From positions 4,297 through 68,296 of the forward strand of contig JAJTEN010000026.1 in assembly GCA_021298155.1 (NCBI GenBank): DNA of 64,000 bases, read 5' to 3'. This DNA comes from Sphingobacteriales bacterium (GTDB lineage: Bacteria; Bacteroidota; Bacteroidia; UKL13-3). Both the position numbers and the translations under genes were made by a program. Under the pieces are notes generated by a model, which was given only the letters and a program-made list of their open reading frames with translations, was not told the DNA's origin and did not search any database. Below, piece by piece: positions 10,687 through 19,787 of this stretch (position 1 is the first letter of the stretch; each line of letters begins with the position of its first letter).

Positions 10687-12051
10687 CTATGAAACATCCT
10701 TCAAAATTCTATATTCAGCAGGAAAATAATTATTCACTCGGTTTTGTAATACTTTCATCCAACCCAATGGCAATTGATTGAAACAAGCCAAACACCAACC
10801 TTGCGGCCAATTACCAGTTGGCAAAAGTGTTCCCTTTTTCAAAAATACGATTGCTTCTTCTCTACTCAAAGTTATACGAGGTACCTTATTACTCACATGA
10901 ACAGAGAGCGCCAAACTATGCTCTGGAATTAGGTTCCCATTTTTATCTAATTTACCCATACATATGCCTGCATACTTAACATACAATGCCTCACGCAATT
11001 GCTCGTAAACAGGAATCATAGGTTTTGGGAAGGCAAAAACAAAATCATTTTCTATAAAATAATCAAATAAATCGGGCTGATCCAAATACCCCATAGCAGC
11101 TGGTAAAAACTTCTTAGGCAGAAAATTTAATTTGGCATGTTTCCGGTTTTTATTGCCATGATCACTTAGCTTTGGTTTCTCCAAAACAGCTATAAATAAT
11201 CCCTCACCCGTAACTTTATGTGGTAAAAATTTAAATTGAAAGGCATCTACAGAACTTACAGGCCAATTAGCGGGAATTTCAATCAACTTAGGCACTAAAC
11301 CATAGTTTTCGCGTAACATAGTTACTTGATTTTCATTTTCAAATTGATTAAAAGTGCAAGTAGCATAAATTAAACTTCCACCTGGTTTCAAACAAGCAAT
11401 AATATCATGCAAAATTCGTGCTTGACGGGTTTCACATAAATGTACATGCTCCATACTCCATTCTTCCATAGCACTCGCATCCCTTCGCCATAGTCCTTCT
11501 CCACTGCAAGGAGCATCAACCAGTATAATATCAAAAAACGCTTCTAATTTTTGAAAATGCTTTGGATCGTTATGGGTTATTACTACATTTGGCTTACCCC
11601 ACCTCAATAAATTTTCTTGTAATATGGCCACACGAGATTTAATGATCTCATTGGCAACTACAAGCGCAGATTCTGGCAAGGCATCTATCAAGGTAGTTGT
11701 TTTACCTCCCGGGGCCGCGCATAGATCTAATACAACAGGCGCATCAATCGATTTAGCAATTTCTTGCACAATAGTATTCAAAAACATGCTAGAACTTTCT
11801 TGCACATAATAGGCGCCAGCATGCCAAAGTGGATCTTCCGTAAAAGAAGGACGTTGACTTAAAATCCTGGCTTCTTTGCACCACAACACCTCAGTTTCAT
11901 CAGAAAAAGCATCAGAAAATTTGGAGGTATTTTTCCGTATGGAAGTTTTTGGCACCTGCTGAAGTGACTCAAAAAAATATCCCGCCTCATCAGGGTAGAG
12001 CGACAGGATATTTTCTATAAATGCATCTGGCAATTGTATCATTGCCGTCAA
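10687..12051 (-). CDS. rsmF: RsmF/YebU-type rRNA m5C methyltransferase
   Basis: AGAYYVQESSSM, DLCAAPGGKT, DAPCSGEG, YATCT, C-terminal LGWMK...NNYFP domain. Confidence 0.85.
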   Translation of the reverse strand: MTAMIQLPDAFIENILSLYPDEAGYFFESLQQVPKTSIRKNTSKFSDAFSDETEVLWCKEARILSQRPSFTEDPLWHAGAYYVQESSSMFLNTIVQEIAKSIDAPVVLDLCAAPGGKTTTLIDALPESALVVANEIIKSRVAILQENLLRWGKPNVVITHNDPKHFQKLEAFFDIILVDAPCSGEGLWRRDASAMEEWSMEHVHLCETRQARILHDIIACLKPGGSLIYATCTFNQFENENQVTMLRENYGLVPKLIEIPANWPVSSVDAFQFKFLPHKVTGEGLFIAVLEKPKLSDHGNKNRKHAKLNFLPKKFLPAAMGYLDQPDLFDYFIENDFVFAFPKPMIPVYEQLREALYVKYAGICMGKLDKNGNLIPEHSLALSVHVSNKVPRITLSREEAIVFLKKGTLLPTGNWPQGWCLACFNQLPLGWMKVLQNRVNNYFPAEYRILKDVS

Positions 12052-12053
12052 AT

Positions 12054-12437
12054 TTATAAGGTCTTAGTCAGAAATTTTTCAAAATCTGTTTTTAATTCTT
12101 TGTAGATCCTTATAAATGTGTCATGTTGATCAATCAAATTCGCAGGTATCTCAATACTTCTGCGATTGGTTGCTATACTATTTTTTTTAACATCATCTAC
12201 AATTATATTTTCAAATTGCGTGTATGCATGATGCAGTGTATCCATCACTTCACGATGTCTAATAAATTGATTTTGAAAATGCTCAAGCTCGGCTAAAAGG
12301 TCTTTATTATTGTTTTTAGATACAATTTCCCCTAACCTATTTTGAAAAATGGTTAACTCTTCAGTATAAAAGTTAAGTTCCTTTACCCACTCATACATTT
12401 TAGCATGGGCTTCATTTAAATGTGCTTTGGTTTCCAT
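12054..12437 (-). CDS. Hypothetical helical protein (127 aa)
   Basis: Clean ORF ending 2 nt before the rsmF start; contains EHFQNQFI. Confidence 0.75.
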   Translation of the reverse strand: METKAHLNEAHAKMYEWVKELNFYTEELTIFQNRLGEIVSKNNNKDLLAELEHFQNQFIRHREVMDTLHHAYTQFENIIVDDVKKNSIATNRRSIEIPANLIDQHDTFIRIYKELKTDFEKFLTKTL

Positions 12438-12626
12438 ATTAATTAAGTTAAATATTGATATTACCCATCAAAATTAATCCAATGCGCATCCTTTTTAAAT
12501 GATGAAAATCAGCATAAAACCTAATAAATAACATGGAAAAACTTTAAAATATGTTAATTAAATTCGATAGTTGCAGGATTGGCATGAAAATAGTTAATTT
12601 CACGGCATAATATGACCCAATTAGTT

Positions 12627-14063
12627 ATGAAAAAACATAGTTTATCTTTAGTATTATTTTTATTTTTAGGCCTAACAACTTTTGCCAAAGATGCCTATAA
12701 CATTAGCATAACCATAAAAGGAGCTCCAGAAACAAAATTTTTCTTGGGTTACTATTTTGGTGATAAACAATATTTAAGAGATAGTGCCATAACAGACAAG
12801 TCTGGCAAAATGGTATTTAAAGGTGATAAAGCACTGGAAGGTGGTGTTTACCTCATAGCATCTTCAGAAAAATCTTTGCTATTCGATTTCATTATCAGTG
12901 AAATGTTTTTCAGTCTTGAAACAGATTTAAGCAATTTAATGGGCGCCATGAAGGTTAAAAACTCTTATGAAAATGATGTATTTTTTAATTATACTAAATT
13001 CACCAATCAAGTTGGGAAAGATGCCGGCACAATTGAAAATGATTTAAAAAAAGCAAGAGAACAAAATGATACCGCCATGGTGCGCATCTTAACAGAAAAG
13101 TACCGAAAAATTTCTACTGATATTTATGAATATAGAAAAGGCGTATTAGAAAAAAATCCAAATACCCTTTTGGCCAAGATTTTTAAAATGATGACCGATA
13201 TTCAGGTTCCAGATGCACCTAAAAACGAAAAAGGAGAAATAATTGACAGTAATTTTCAATTTAATTACTACTATCAGCATTACTTCGATAATATGGATTT
13301 AACTGATGATAGGATTGTTAGAACACCTGTTTTCCATAATAAATTTGAGTCTTTTATTCTTAAACTTACTCCGCAAATACCAGATAGCATTATCAAATCT
13401 GCAGATTTCATGCTCAACAAAGCTACGGGTAAAGAGAATTTTAAATATATGTTATTCTGGATTACCAATCATTACGAAACATCTAATTACATGGGAATGG
13501 ATAAGGTTTTTGTACATATGGTAGACCAATATTACGCCAAAGGAAGGGCTTTCTGGATAGATGAAACTGTTCTATTTAAAATGAAGGATCGTGCAGATCA
13601 ACTCAGAAATAATTTAATTGGTTTGCGTGGGCAAAATTTAACCATGCTCGATACCAATCATATTTACCACAGTTTATACAATGTAAAAGCCAACTACACC
13701 CTACTTATCTTCTGGGATGCTAATTGCGGTAAATGTAAAGAGGAGATGCCTAAGCTAAAGAAACTATACGAAGAACTTAACCCAAAAGCTGCCATAAATG
13801 GTAAAACTTATTTCGATGTTTTTGCCGTTAGTCTTACTCCAGATGCCAAAGAATGGCAAAAGTATTTGAGAGAACAAAATTTTAAATGGCTTAATGTATA
13901 CGACCCTAATAACGAGACAAATTTTAGAAAGTTATACGACATTTATAGCACTCCCGTTCTGTATTTATTAGATGAAAACAAACAGATCATTGCCAAACGT
14001 TTAAATGTAGAGCAGGTTAAAGAATTTATTCAGGAACAAGAAAACAGAAAAAAGCTTAAGTAA
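12627..14063 (+). CDS. Exported thioredoxin-like (TlpA/redoxin) protein, probably with a DUF5106-like central region
   Basis: Signal peptide; C-terminal FWDANCGKC (CxxC) and YDIYSTPVLYLLD; alternative start at 12612. Confidence 0.8.
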   Translation: MKKHSLSLVLFLFLGLTTFAKDAYNISITIKGAPETKFFLGYYFGDKQYLRDSAITDKSGKMVFKGDKALEGGVYLIASSEKSLLFDFIISEMFFSLETDLSNLMGAMKVKNSYENDVFFNYTKFTNQVGKDAGTIENDLKKAREQNDTAMVRILTEKYRKISTDIYEYRKGVLEKNPNTLLAKIFKMMTDIQVPDAPKNEKGEIIDSNFQFNYYYQHYFDNMDLTDDRIVRTPVFHNKFESFILKLTPQIPDSIIKSADFMLNKATGKENFKYMLFWITNHYETSNYMGMDKVFVHMVDQYYAKGRAFWIDETVLFKMKDRADQLRNNLIGLRGQNLTMLDTNHIYHSLYNVKANYTLLIFWDANCGKCKEEMPKLKKLYEELNPKAAINGKTYFDVFAVSLTPDAKEWQKYLREQNFKWLNVYDPNNETNFRKLYDIYSTPVLYLLDENKQIIAKRLNVEQVKEFIQEQENRKKLK

Positions 14064-14069
14064 TTAAAT

Positions 14070-14789
14070 ATGAAAGTTGATATTCTTGTTTTTGCCGCCC
14101 ATCCAGATGATGCTGAGTTGTCTTGTAGTGGAACCATTTTAGCCCATAAAGACTTAGGTTACTCAGTGGCTTTGGTTGATCTTACAGAGGGAGAACTCGG
14201 AACAAGAGGAAGTGTATCCTTGCGAAAACAAGAGGCAGATGCAGCCAGCCTTATTTTGGGGATAGACTATAGAGAAAACCTTGGTTTTAGAGATGGCTTT
14301 TTTACCAAAGATGAAACCCACTTGCTAAAAGTTATTGAAATCATCAGAAAATATCAGCCCCAAATTGTTTTGGCAAATGCGATTTCAGACCGACATATAG
14401 ATCATGGAAGAGCAAGTGATTTGGTTCACGATGCTTGCTTTTTGGCTGGCCTAACAAAAATACAAACCCATCATGCAGGCATCAATCAATCACCATGGCG
14501 ACCTAAAAAAGTGTATCATTATATTCAAGATCAACTTTTAAAGCCTGATATAGTATTTGATATAAGTGCTTATTTCCCGAAAAAAATGGAGAGTATTTTA
14601 GCCTTTAAATCTCAATTTTTTAATCCAAATTCCAATGAACCAGTAACACCCATTGCTACACCTGAATTTTTAGACTTTATAAAAGGTAGGGCCCTAGAAT
14701 TCGGGAGAAGTATTGGAGTAACATACGGCGAAGGTTTCCAAATTAGAACGGGGAATATTGGCAGTAGTAATTTGTTAAACCTACTTTAG
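14070..14789 (+). CDS. bshB1: Bacillithiol biosynthesis deacetylase (PIG-L family)
   Basis: AHPDDAEL, DLTEGELGTRG, DRHIDH, FKSQF. Confidence 0.9.
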   Translation: MKVDILVFAAHPDDAELSCSGTILAHKDLGYSVALVDLTEGELGTRGSVSLRKQEADAASLILGIDYRENLGFRDGFFTKDETHLLKVIEIIRKYQPQIVLANAISDRHIDHGRASDLVHDACFLAGLTKIQTHHAGINQSPWRPKKVYHYIQDQLLKPDIVFDISAYFPKKMESILAFKSQFFNPNSNEPVTPIATPEFLDFIKGRALEFGRSIGVTYGEGFQIRTGNIGSSNLLNLL

Positions 14790-15679
14790 GTAATTGATAT
14801 ATACCAAGCTTTACACTTGGCAAGGAACATTTTAAATGCATTAGGTTTTTTAAGTGTTATTTGACTATCATAGGTTTGTCCCATCAATAACATTTCTTTA
14901 TACAAAAATGAGGATGGAATCCCCCATTTTTTAGCAAAGGTTTTCCGACCATTATTTCGAATCACCCTACCGGTAGATTTACATTTAAAATGGTATACCA
15001 AACTCTTTCCTATTCCCTTAAATTCTCTTACGCCAATTTCCCATAATTTCATGGCAAAATCTGGATCAGAATAAAAACCAGGTGTATAATCCACATCATA
15101 TCCATTTACCTTATCCCAGACTTCTTTATGCACCAAACTTGGTGGCCAACACGACCCAAACCAATCTGTTTTGGGATGAGATGCTGCAAAAAGTAAAAAT
15201 GCGCTTTCATCAAATGTATCGTAGGTTCGACCAAAATCGTAAGGAGCTAAAATTGCCTTGTTTGAACCACCATCAAATTCTACCATGGTAGCAGAAAAAT
15301 AAAATAAATGATTGGCTTGTAAGGCTATTTCTTGATCTAAATATAGGTCCCAATTCTTAGCCAAATACATATCATCATTGACATATAAAATATAATTGGT
15401 TCGAACCAACTTAGACATAGCGTTTAATGCATAACATACGCCTACATTTTCACTTGAGTAGGTATACGAATACGCGCTATCTTTAACCCATTGTAAAGTA
15501 TTGTCTATTCCTTCATTTACATGAATTATGATTTGATGTTTAAAGGCACTGTTCTTTTCTATGCTTTGAATACATAACTTTAAATAAGGCAAGTTATTCC
15601 AACTAGGAATTAAAATACTAAACTTAGATGCTGAATCACTTGGGCGCAAGAATGCCTCTATTTGGGGCTCTTTTAACAT
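14786..15679 (-). CDS. Glycosyltransferase family 2
   Basis: SILIPSWNN, YVNDDM, SDPDF. Confidence 0.88.
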   Translation of the reverse strand: MLKEPQIEAFLRPSDSASKFSILIPSWNNLPYLKLCIQSIEKNSAFKHQIIIHVNEGIDNTLQWVKDSAYSYTYSSENVGVCYALNAMSKLVRTNYILYVNDDMYLAKNWDLYLDQEIALQANHLFYFSATMVEFDGGSNKAILAPYDFGRTYDTFDESAFLLFAASHPKTDWFGSCWPPSLVHKEVWDKVNGYDVDYTPGFYSDPDFAMKLWEIGVREFKGIGKSLVYHFKCKSTGRVIRNNGRKTFAKKWGIPSSFLYKEMLLMGQTYDSQITLKKPNAFKMFLAKCKAWYISIT

Positions 15680-15684
15680 AGCAT

Positions 15685-17373
15685 TTAGTTCTTAGCCTCT
15701 GCTTGTGGCGGATTAACCAATCCGAAATAAACAAAAACACGCATCATAGAATTTGAAATGCCTAATTGCTCTGCAGATTGTGGATCTAAAATAATAACAA
15801 CTTCTTTTGGAGTACCTTTAGGAAGTGGACCCAACACCCGAGCAAAATGCTCTTTAAAATTATCTCTATTTACAATATATACAAATTTACCCTTGTCTGT
15901 TGCATTGGTATAAACTCCTAGTGTATAATCTTGTTTACCATTATATTTTGCAAGTCCAGATACTTTTTCGTATCCAATAATATCCTCACCAGGTTTTGGC
16001 TGAGGTAATTTATTTTTAGGTAAAGTTCTAACATAAGGAGAAACGTCTGCACGCGTTGAATTAATGGTTAACTCCTGTCCTGCCCTAACCCGATAGGTTA
16101 ATAATCCGTTCCAATTGATAATATCTGTAGCCGATACTTTATACTTTTGGGCAATCTGTTGTAGGGTCTCATCTTTTTTTACCACATGTGTTTTAAAGGC
16201 ATCTCCTGCTCCAGCAGTTTGATGGGTATTAGGCACTACAATAGCATTTTCTTCTGCTGTTAGGGTTGAAAATAAATCATAGTTATAATCTGTTTCTTTA
16301 TAATCGAATACCCTATAGGCAATACCCTTGGGATGAACATACTCGCTATCCATTTTCATTAATTGCGCCATGTTCCGTTGCTTTTTTAAGGAAGCCAATT
16401 TTAATGAATCTTCATTAAACATTGGCAATGTACTTTTCTGAACTCCTTTTTTCACAATAGGCTTTGCTTCTGGCTCCACTATTTTAGCAGGCTTTTCAAC
16501 AGGTATACTGGCCGCTTTCATTTCTATGGGTGCCTTGGGAAGTAAACCAAGTTTTGGCTCAATCTTTGGTGTGCTTTTGGGCAATGGTTCAGGAAGCTTT
16601 GCTATGAGTTTCTCTGGCTCTGGCTCTATATTTTTCTTGGGTTCTTCCCGCTTAGGTATGTCTCTTACTACATCTATCCTTGGCGCAGGTGCTTTGGCAA
16701 TCTCCACTGGAGGAACTGGCGGTTTTGGTTCAACAATGATAGGTTTGGGTTTTTGGGGCTCTTCTTTTGCTACTACAGGTGGCGCTGCTGGATACGGGAC
16801 CTTAACTTTTTGTCCCTCTTTGAGGTTATTGCTTTTCAACGAATTGAGTGCAATAATATCTGCTGGCTCAACTGCAAAAATATCTGCTAATTGGTAAACG
16901 GTTTGCGGACTAGCCACTACGTAAATCTTATATTCTGTTGAATTTGCGTCTGCTTTACTTGCAGGCATATCTAATACCACTCGATCTTCTGCCGCTTCAG
17001 ATTTAGGTGCAGGCTTTTCTGCATATGTAGTAGAAGGGGTAACTGTTTTTGCAAGTGGTAAGTTAGATGGGGCTAATGATTTAACAGGAGGCACATTTAC
17101 ATTCCCATACTTAGATTCATTAATAGGAATTTTTACGATTTGTCCGGGAAATACTTCTTCAATAATTAATGGATTATTGCTTAAAATCTCTGCTTCACTT
17201 ACGCCATATCTTGCTGCCATTGTTTGAATACCATCTCCTTTAACCACGCGATGGACTATAAATTTTTTAGCACCACGCAGCTCCAAGCGCAGCGAATCTA
17301 ATGGCTTTGCATAGGCTGCGTAGTGGCAAAAAAATGTGTAACAAAACAAAACAAAGACAAACTTTTTAAGCAT
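15685..17373 (-). CDS. Secreted multi-LysM peptidoglycan-binding protein with Pro/Lys/Glu-rich linker
   Basis: Signal peptide; three LysM-like repeats (HRVVKGDGI..., YVVASPQTV..., HVVKKDETL...INWNGL). Confidence 0.85.
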   Translation of the reverse strand: MLKKFVFVLFCYTFFCHYAAYAKPLDSLRLELRGAKKFIVHRVVKGDGIQTMAARYGVSEAEILSNNPLIIEEVFPGQIVKIPINESKYGNVNVPPVKSLAPSNLPLAKTVTPSTTYAEKPAPKSEAAEDRVVLDMPASKADANSTEYKIYVVASPQTVYQLADIFAVEPADIIALNSLKSNNLKEGQKVKVPYPAAPPVVAKEEPQKPKPIIVEPKPPVPPVEIAKAPAPRIDVVRDIPKREEPKKNIEPEPEKLIAKLPEPLPKSTPKIEPKLGLLPKAPIEMKAASIPVEKPAKIVEPEAKPIVKKGVQKSTLPMFNEDSLKLASLKKQRNMAQLMKMDSEYVHPKGIAYRVFDYKETDYNYDLFSTLTAEENAIVVPNTHQTAGAGDAFKTHVVKKDETLQQIAQKYKVSATDIINWNGLLTYRVRAGQELTINSTRADVSPYVRTLPKNKLPQPKPGEDIIGYEKVSGLAKYNGKQDYTLGVYTNATDKGKFVYIVNRDNFKEHFARVLGPLPKGTPKEVVIILDPQSAEQLGISNSMMRVFVYFGLVNPPQAEAKN

Positions 17374-17469
17374 GCTTTAAGATTTAAAAGTCAAAAATAT
17401 GCATTATTCATTGGCAAACACAGCCTTAATTAAGAATGAATTCTGTGTGAAACCCTATTTAGTATACAC

Positions 17470-17766
17470 TTATTTAACCTTTACAGCTTCAATGCAGCTC
17501 CAAGCAATGGGCTTATCATTAAACAAAGCTTTTGTTGCTTGCCAAGTATGTTTAAACAAATCTGAATACCTATATGCATCTAAGTGCATCTCACTTTGCC
17601 AATAGCTATAGGTTAAAAATACATTTGGATGTTTGGCATCTCTTAATAATATTAGTCCCTCACACCCTTCAAATGCTGCAATTTTATCTTTTACAGCTTC
17701 AAAAAGTGCTTCAAATTCGTGCACTTTATGAGGGTCAAAACTCATCCTCACAATTCGATTTATCAT
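17470..17766 (-). CDS. Antibiotic-biosynthesis-monooxygenase (ABM) family protein
   Basis: RIVRMSF, FEGCEGL, TYSYW...LDAYRYSDLF, AWS; TACTTTTG -7 element at 17801-17808. Confidence 0.85.
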   Translation of the reverse strand: MINRIVRMSFDPHKVHEFEALFEAVKDKIAAFEGCEGLILLRDAKHPNVFLTYSYWQSEMHLDAYRYSDLFKHTWQATKALFNDKPIAWSCIEAVKVK

Positions 17767-17869
17767 AATTTAATACCCTTATTTATACTCAATTTTGGAG
17801 CAAAAGTATATCGGTAAGACACATTTAACCAAATTTGGTTCTATTGGAAATGATAAGCCTAACAAATCC

Positions 17870-18334
17870 TTATTTTTCATTACAAATGCAATAACCACCT
17901 TCCAGATTTGATAAGGTTATTTTTATTTTTTTTGTGGTGAAATTAAATTGACCAGATAAGCTAAAATTATTACCATAATTGCTAACAAGAACATTTGAAC
18001 TGAGATTTCCACCTTCATCCATTATGAAACTAGAGTTTTTCTCAATTCTTTGGCCAGAACTATTTATATTCATTGAACCAATAACAAAATGGGTTTTCGT
18101 GTGGGTTGGAATTATTGCGGTTTCAAAGTCGTACGACTCCCAAAAGTTTCCCGTACTAAAATACCTGTTGCATTGAAAAGATTTTTTACCCGTGATGGGA
18201 TGAACCGGACTATCCTTATTAATCTCATTTCCGTAATTGTCTTTATATAACGCCTCTTCCTTGCTGCAACTAAAGAAGGTACACGTGAACGCAGTAATCG
18301 ATAATACTGCTATTAAGTTATTTATTTTTATCAT
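17870..18334 (-). CDS. Hypothetical lipoprotein, probably surface-exposed
   Basis: Lipobox FFSC followed by SKEE; starts 8 nt after the upstream stop. Confidence 0.7.
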   Translation of the reverse strand: MIKINNLIAVLSITAFTCTFFSCSKEEALYKDNYGNEINKDSPVHPITGKKSFQCNRYFSTGNFWESYDFETAIIPTHTKTHFVIGSMNINSSGQRIEKNSSFIMDEGGNLSSNVLVSNYGNNFSLSGQFNFTTKKIKITLSNLEGGYCICNEK

Positions 18335-18342
18335 AAACTATT

Positions 18343-19071
18343 TTAAAATAAGATAATACCTAGTTGAATATTTCCCGAGACACCATAACTTCTAAATTGC
18401 TGATCTTGAATGGGCTTATCTTCACTAAAAAAATTGGTAGAAATGATATTAGATCCATAGTTTTTTAAAACACCTGAAGCTGCATGTTGCGGCAAACCAC
18501 TTATTAAATTACCATATCTAACATACTCAACTGTTAATTGTGTACCAATAAAAATCCACTTATTAATTGGTTTTTGATACCCAAGTCCAATTCCAAATTT
18601 ATTTAAGCGTATGCCATTCATTTGGTATTCTACTTCTTGATTAGCATTTGGAATAAAAACGCGTTCATCGTATGAACCTTTTTCTATATTCAGATTTCCA
18701 CTCGCCATAGTTGCATGCATAAAAAAACCATAAGGCGCCGGCTTTTCACGGGAGAAGTATTTTCTAAACTCAATATTCATTCCCCTGTATGATGTTTCTG
18801 CTTTGCTATTCATGACTATTTCTGGACCAATTGTTTCTAATTGATCATATGATTGCGCTACATCAGTTTGAATGGCATCATAAGCAAGGGTAATCGACAT
18901 TTTTCTATGAAATGCAATCTCAGCACCATAACTATTAAAAAAACCGTGAAGGCCATTTATTGCCGTAGTCTTAAAAAGCACTCTTTTGCCCGCAAAACCA
19001 GTATTTTGAGCCTGCAAGAAATGAGAAATACTAGAAATAAAAATGAGCATTATAAATATTATTTTTCTCAT
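18343..19071 (-). CDS. Hypothetical outer-membrane beta-barrel protein
   Basis: Signal peptide, alternating amphipathic strands (IEFRKYF, GIGLGYQ), C-terminal GNIQLGIILF ending in Phe. Confidence 0.7.
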   Translation of the reverse strand: MRKIIFIMLIFISSISHFLQAQNTGFAGKRVLFKTTAINGLHGFFNSYGAEIAFHRKMSITLAYDAIQTDVAQSYDQLETIGPEIVMNSKAETSYRGMNIEFRKYFSREKPAPYGFFMHATMASGNLNIEKGSYDERVFIPNANQEVEYQMNGIRLNKFGIGLGYQKPINKWIFIGTQLTVEYVRYGNLISGLPQHAASGVLKNYGSNIISTNFFSEDKPIQDQQFRSYGVSGNIQLGIILF

Positions 19072-19787
19072 GGGTTCAAATTTTTATTAAGTAAATAAAA
19101 AGTATCATATAAAGTTACCATAAGGTTTTCTGGTTTTACTGGGGCATCAAAAACCCGGATATCTCTATACGTAATTTTGCCTGTAGCAATATTCACAATG
19201 AAATGATACTGCACATATCCGTTTTTGGGTAGATTATCAAAACTAAGAGGCTTATTGCTTAATTCTTTATTTTTACTGTTTAAATCTATCGCAATTACAC
19301 CTACAAGTCCAACTAATTCAGAATGAACAATGGGTGCTAAATAAGAATAGTCATAACCTATATTCGGCTCAATGGTAAATAGCTGCTGTACTAAATTATT
19401 TAGATTTTTCTTAGCTATTTGATTGAAAATATTTTGTTGTATTTCATTGGCGTTCAGTATTCTTTGACTTAAGCTGTTTAAACTAAGAATACTGTCGTTA
19501 ATCCAATTTCTTGTTTTTGGATCATTCTTAATATCAAACTTTTTGGTTAGTCCGTTTATACTTGTATTGATTTCATTTTCTGCGGCAATTACAAGCGAGT
19601 AGTCGTCTTTTTTATATCCATCAATCCTAAAAATAGAAACCTGTGGCTTCAAATAAAAGATGTTATTTGAATTGTTTGCTTGAGAAATTAAAGATTCAGA
19701 TTTCTGTATCGAACTATTTATGGTATATGTACATCCATTTGCTACGAGCAAAATGATGTAAAATATTAAAAATCTATTTGTTTTCAT
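19068..19787 (-). CDS. Hypothetical lipoprotein
   Basis: Start at ATG 19787 gives MKTNRFLIFYIILLVANGC lipobox; ATGA overlap with the next gene. Confidence 0.7.
   Translation of the reverse strand: MKTNRFLIFYIILLVANGCTYTINSSIQKSESLISQANNSNNIFYLKPQVSIFRIDGYKKDDYSLVIAAENEINTSINGLTKKFDIKNDPKTRNWINDSILSLNSLSQRILNANEIQQNIFNQIAKKNLNNLVQQLFTIEPNIGYDYSYLAPIVHSELVGLVGVIAIDLNSKNKELSNKPLSFDNLPKNGYVQYHFIVNIATGKITYRDIRVFDAPVKPENLMVTLYDTFYLLNKNLNP

Noticed and set aside
16430..16800. Possible tandem DNA repeat in the LysM gene
   Set aside because: Low-complexity Pro/Lys/Glu coding sequence without a regular repeat unit
17767..17869. attR-like duplicate of the tRNA-Lys 3' end bounding the cassette
   Set aside because: No copy of the tRNA 3' sequence is visible and there is no integrase in the window
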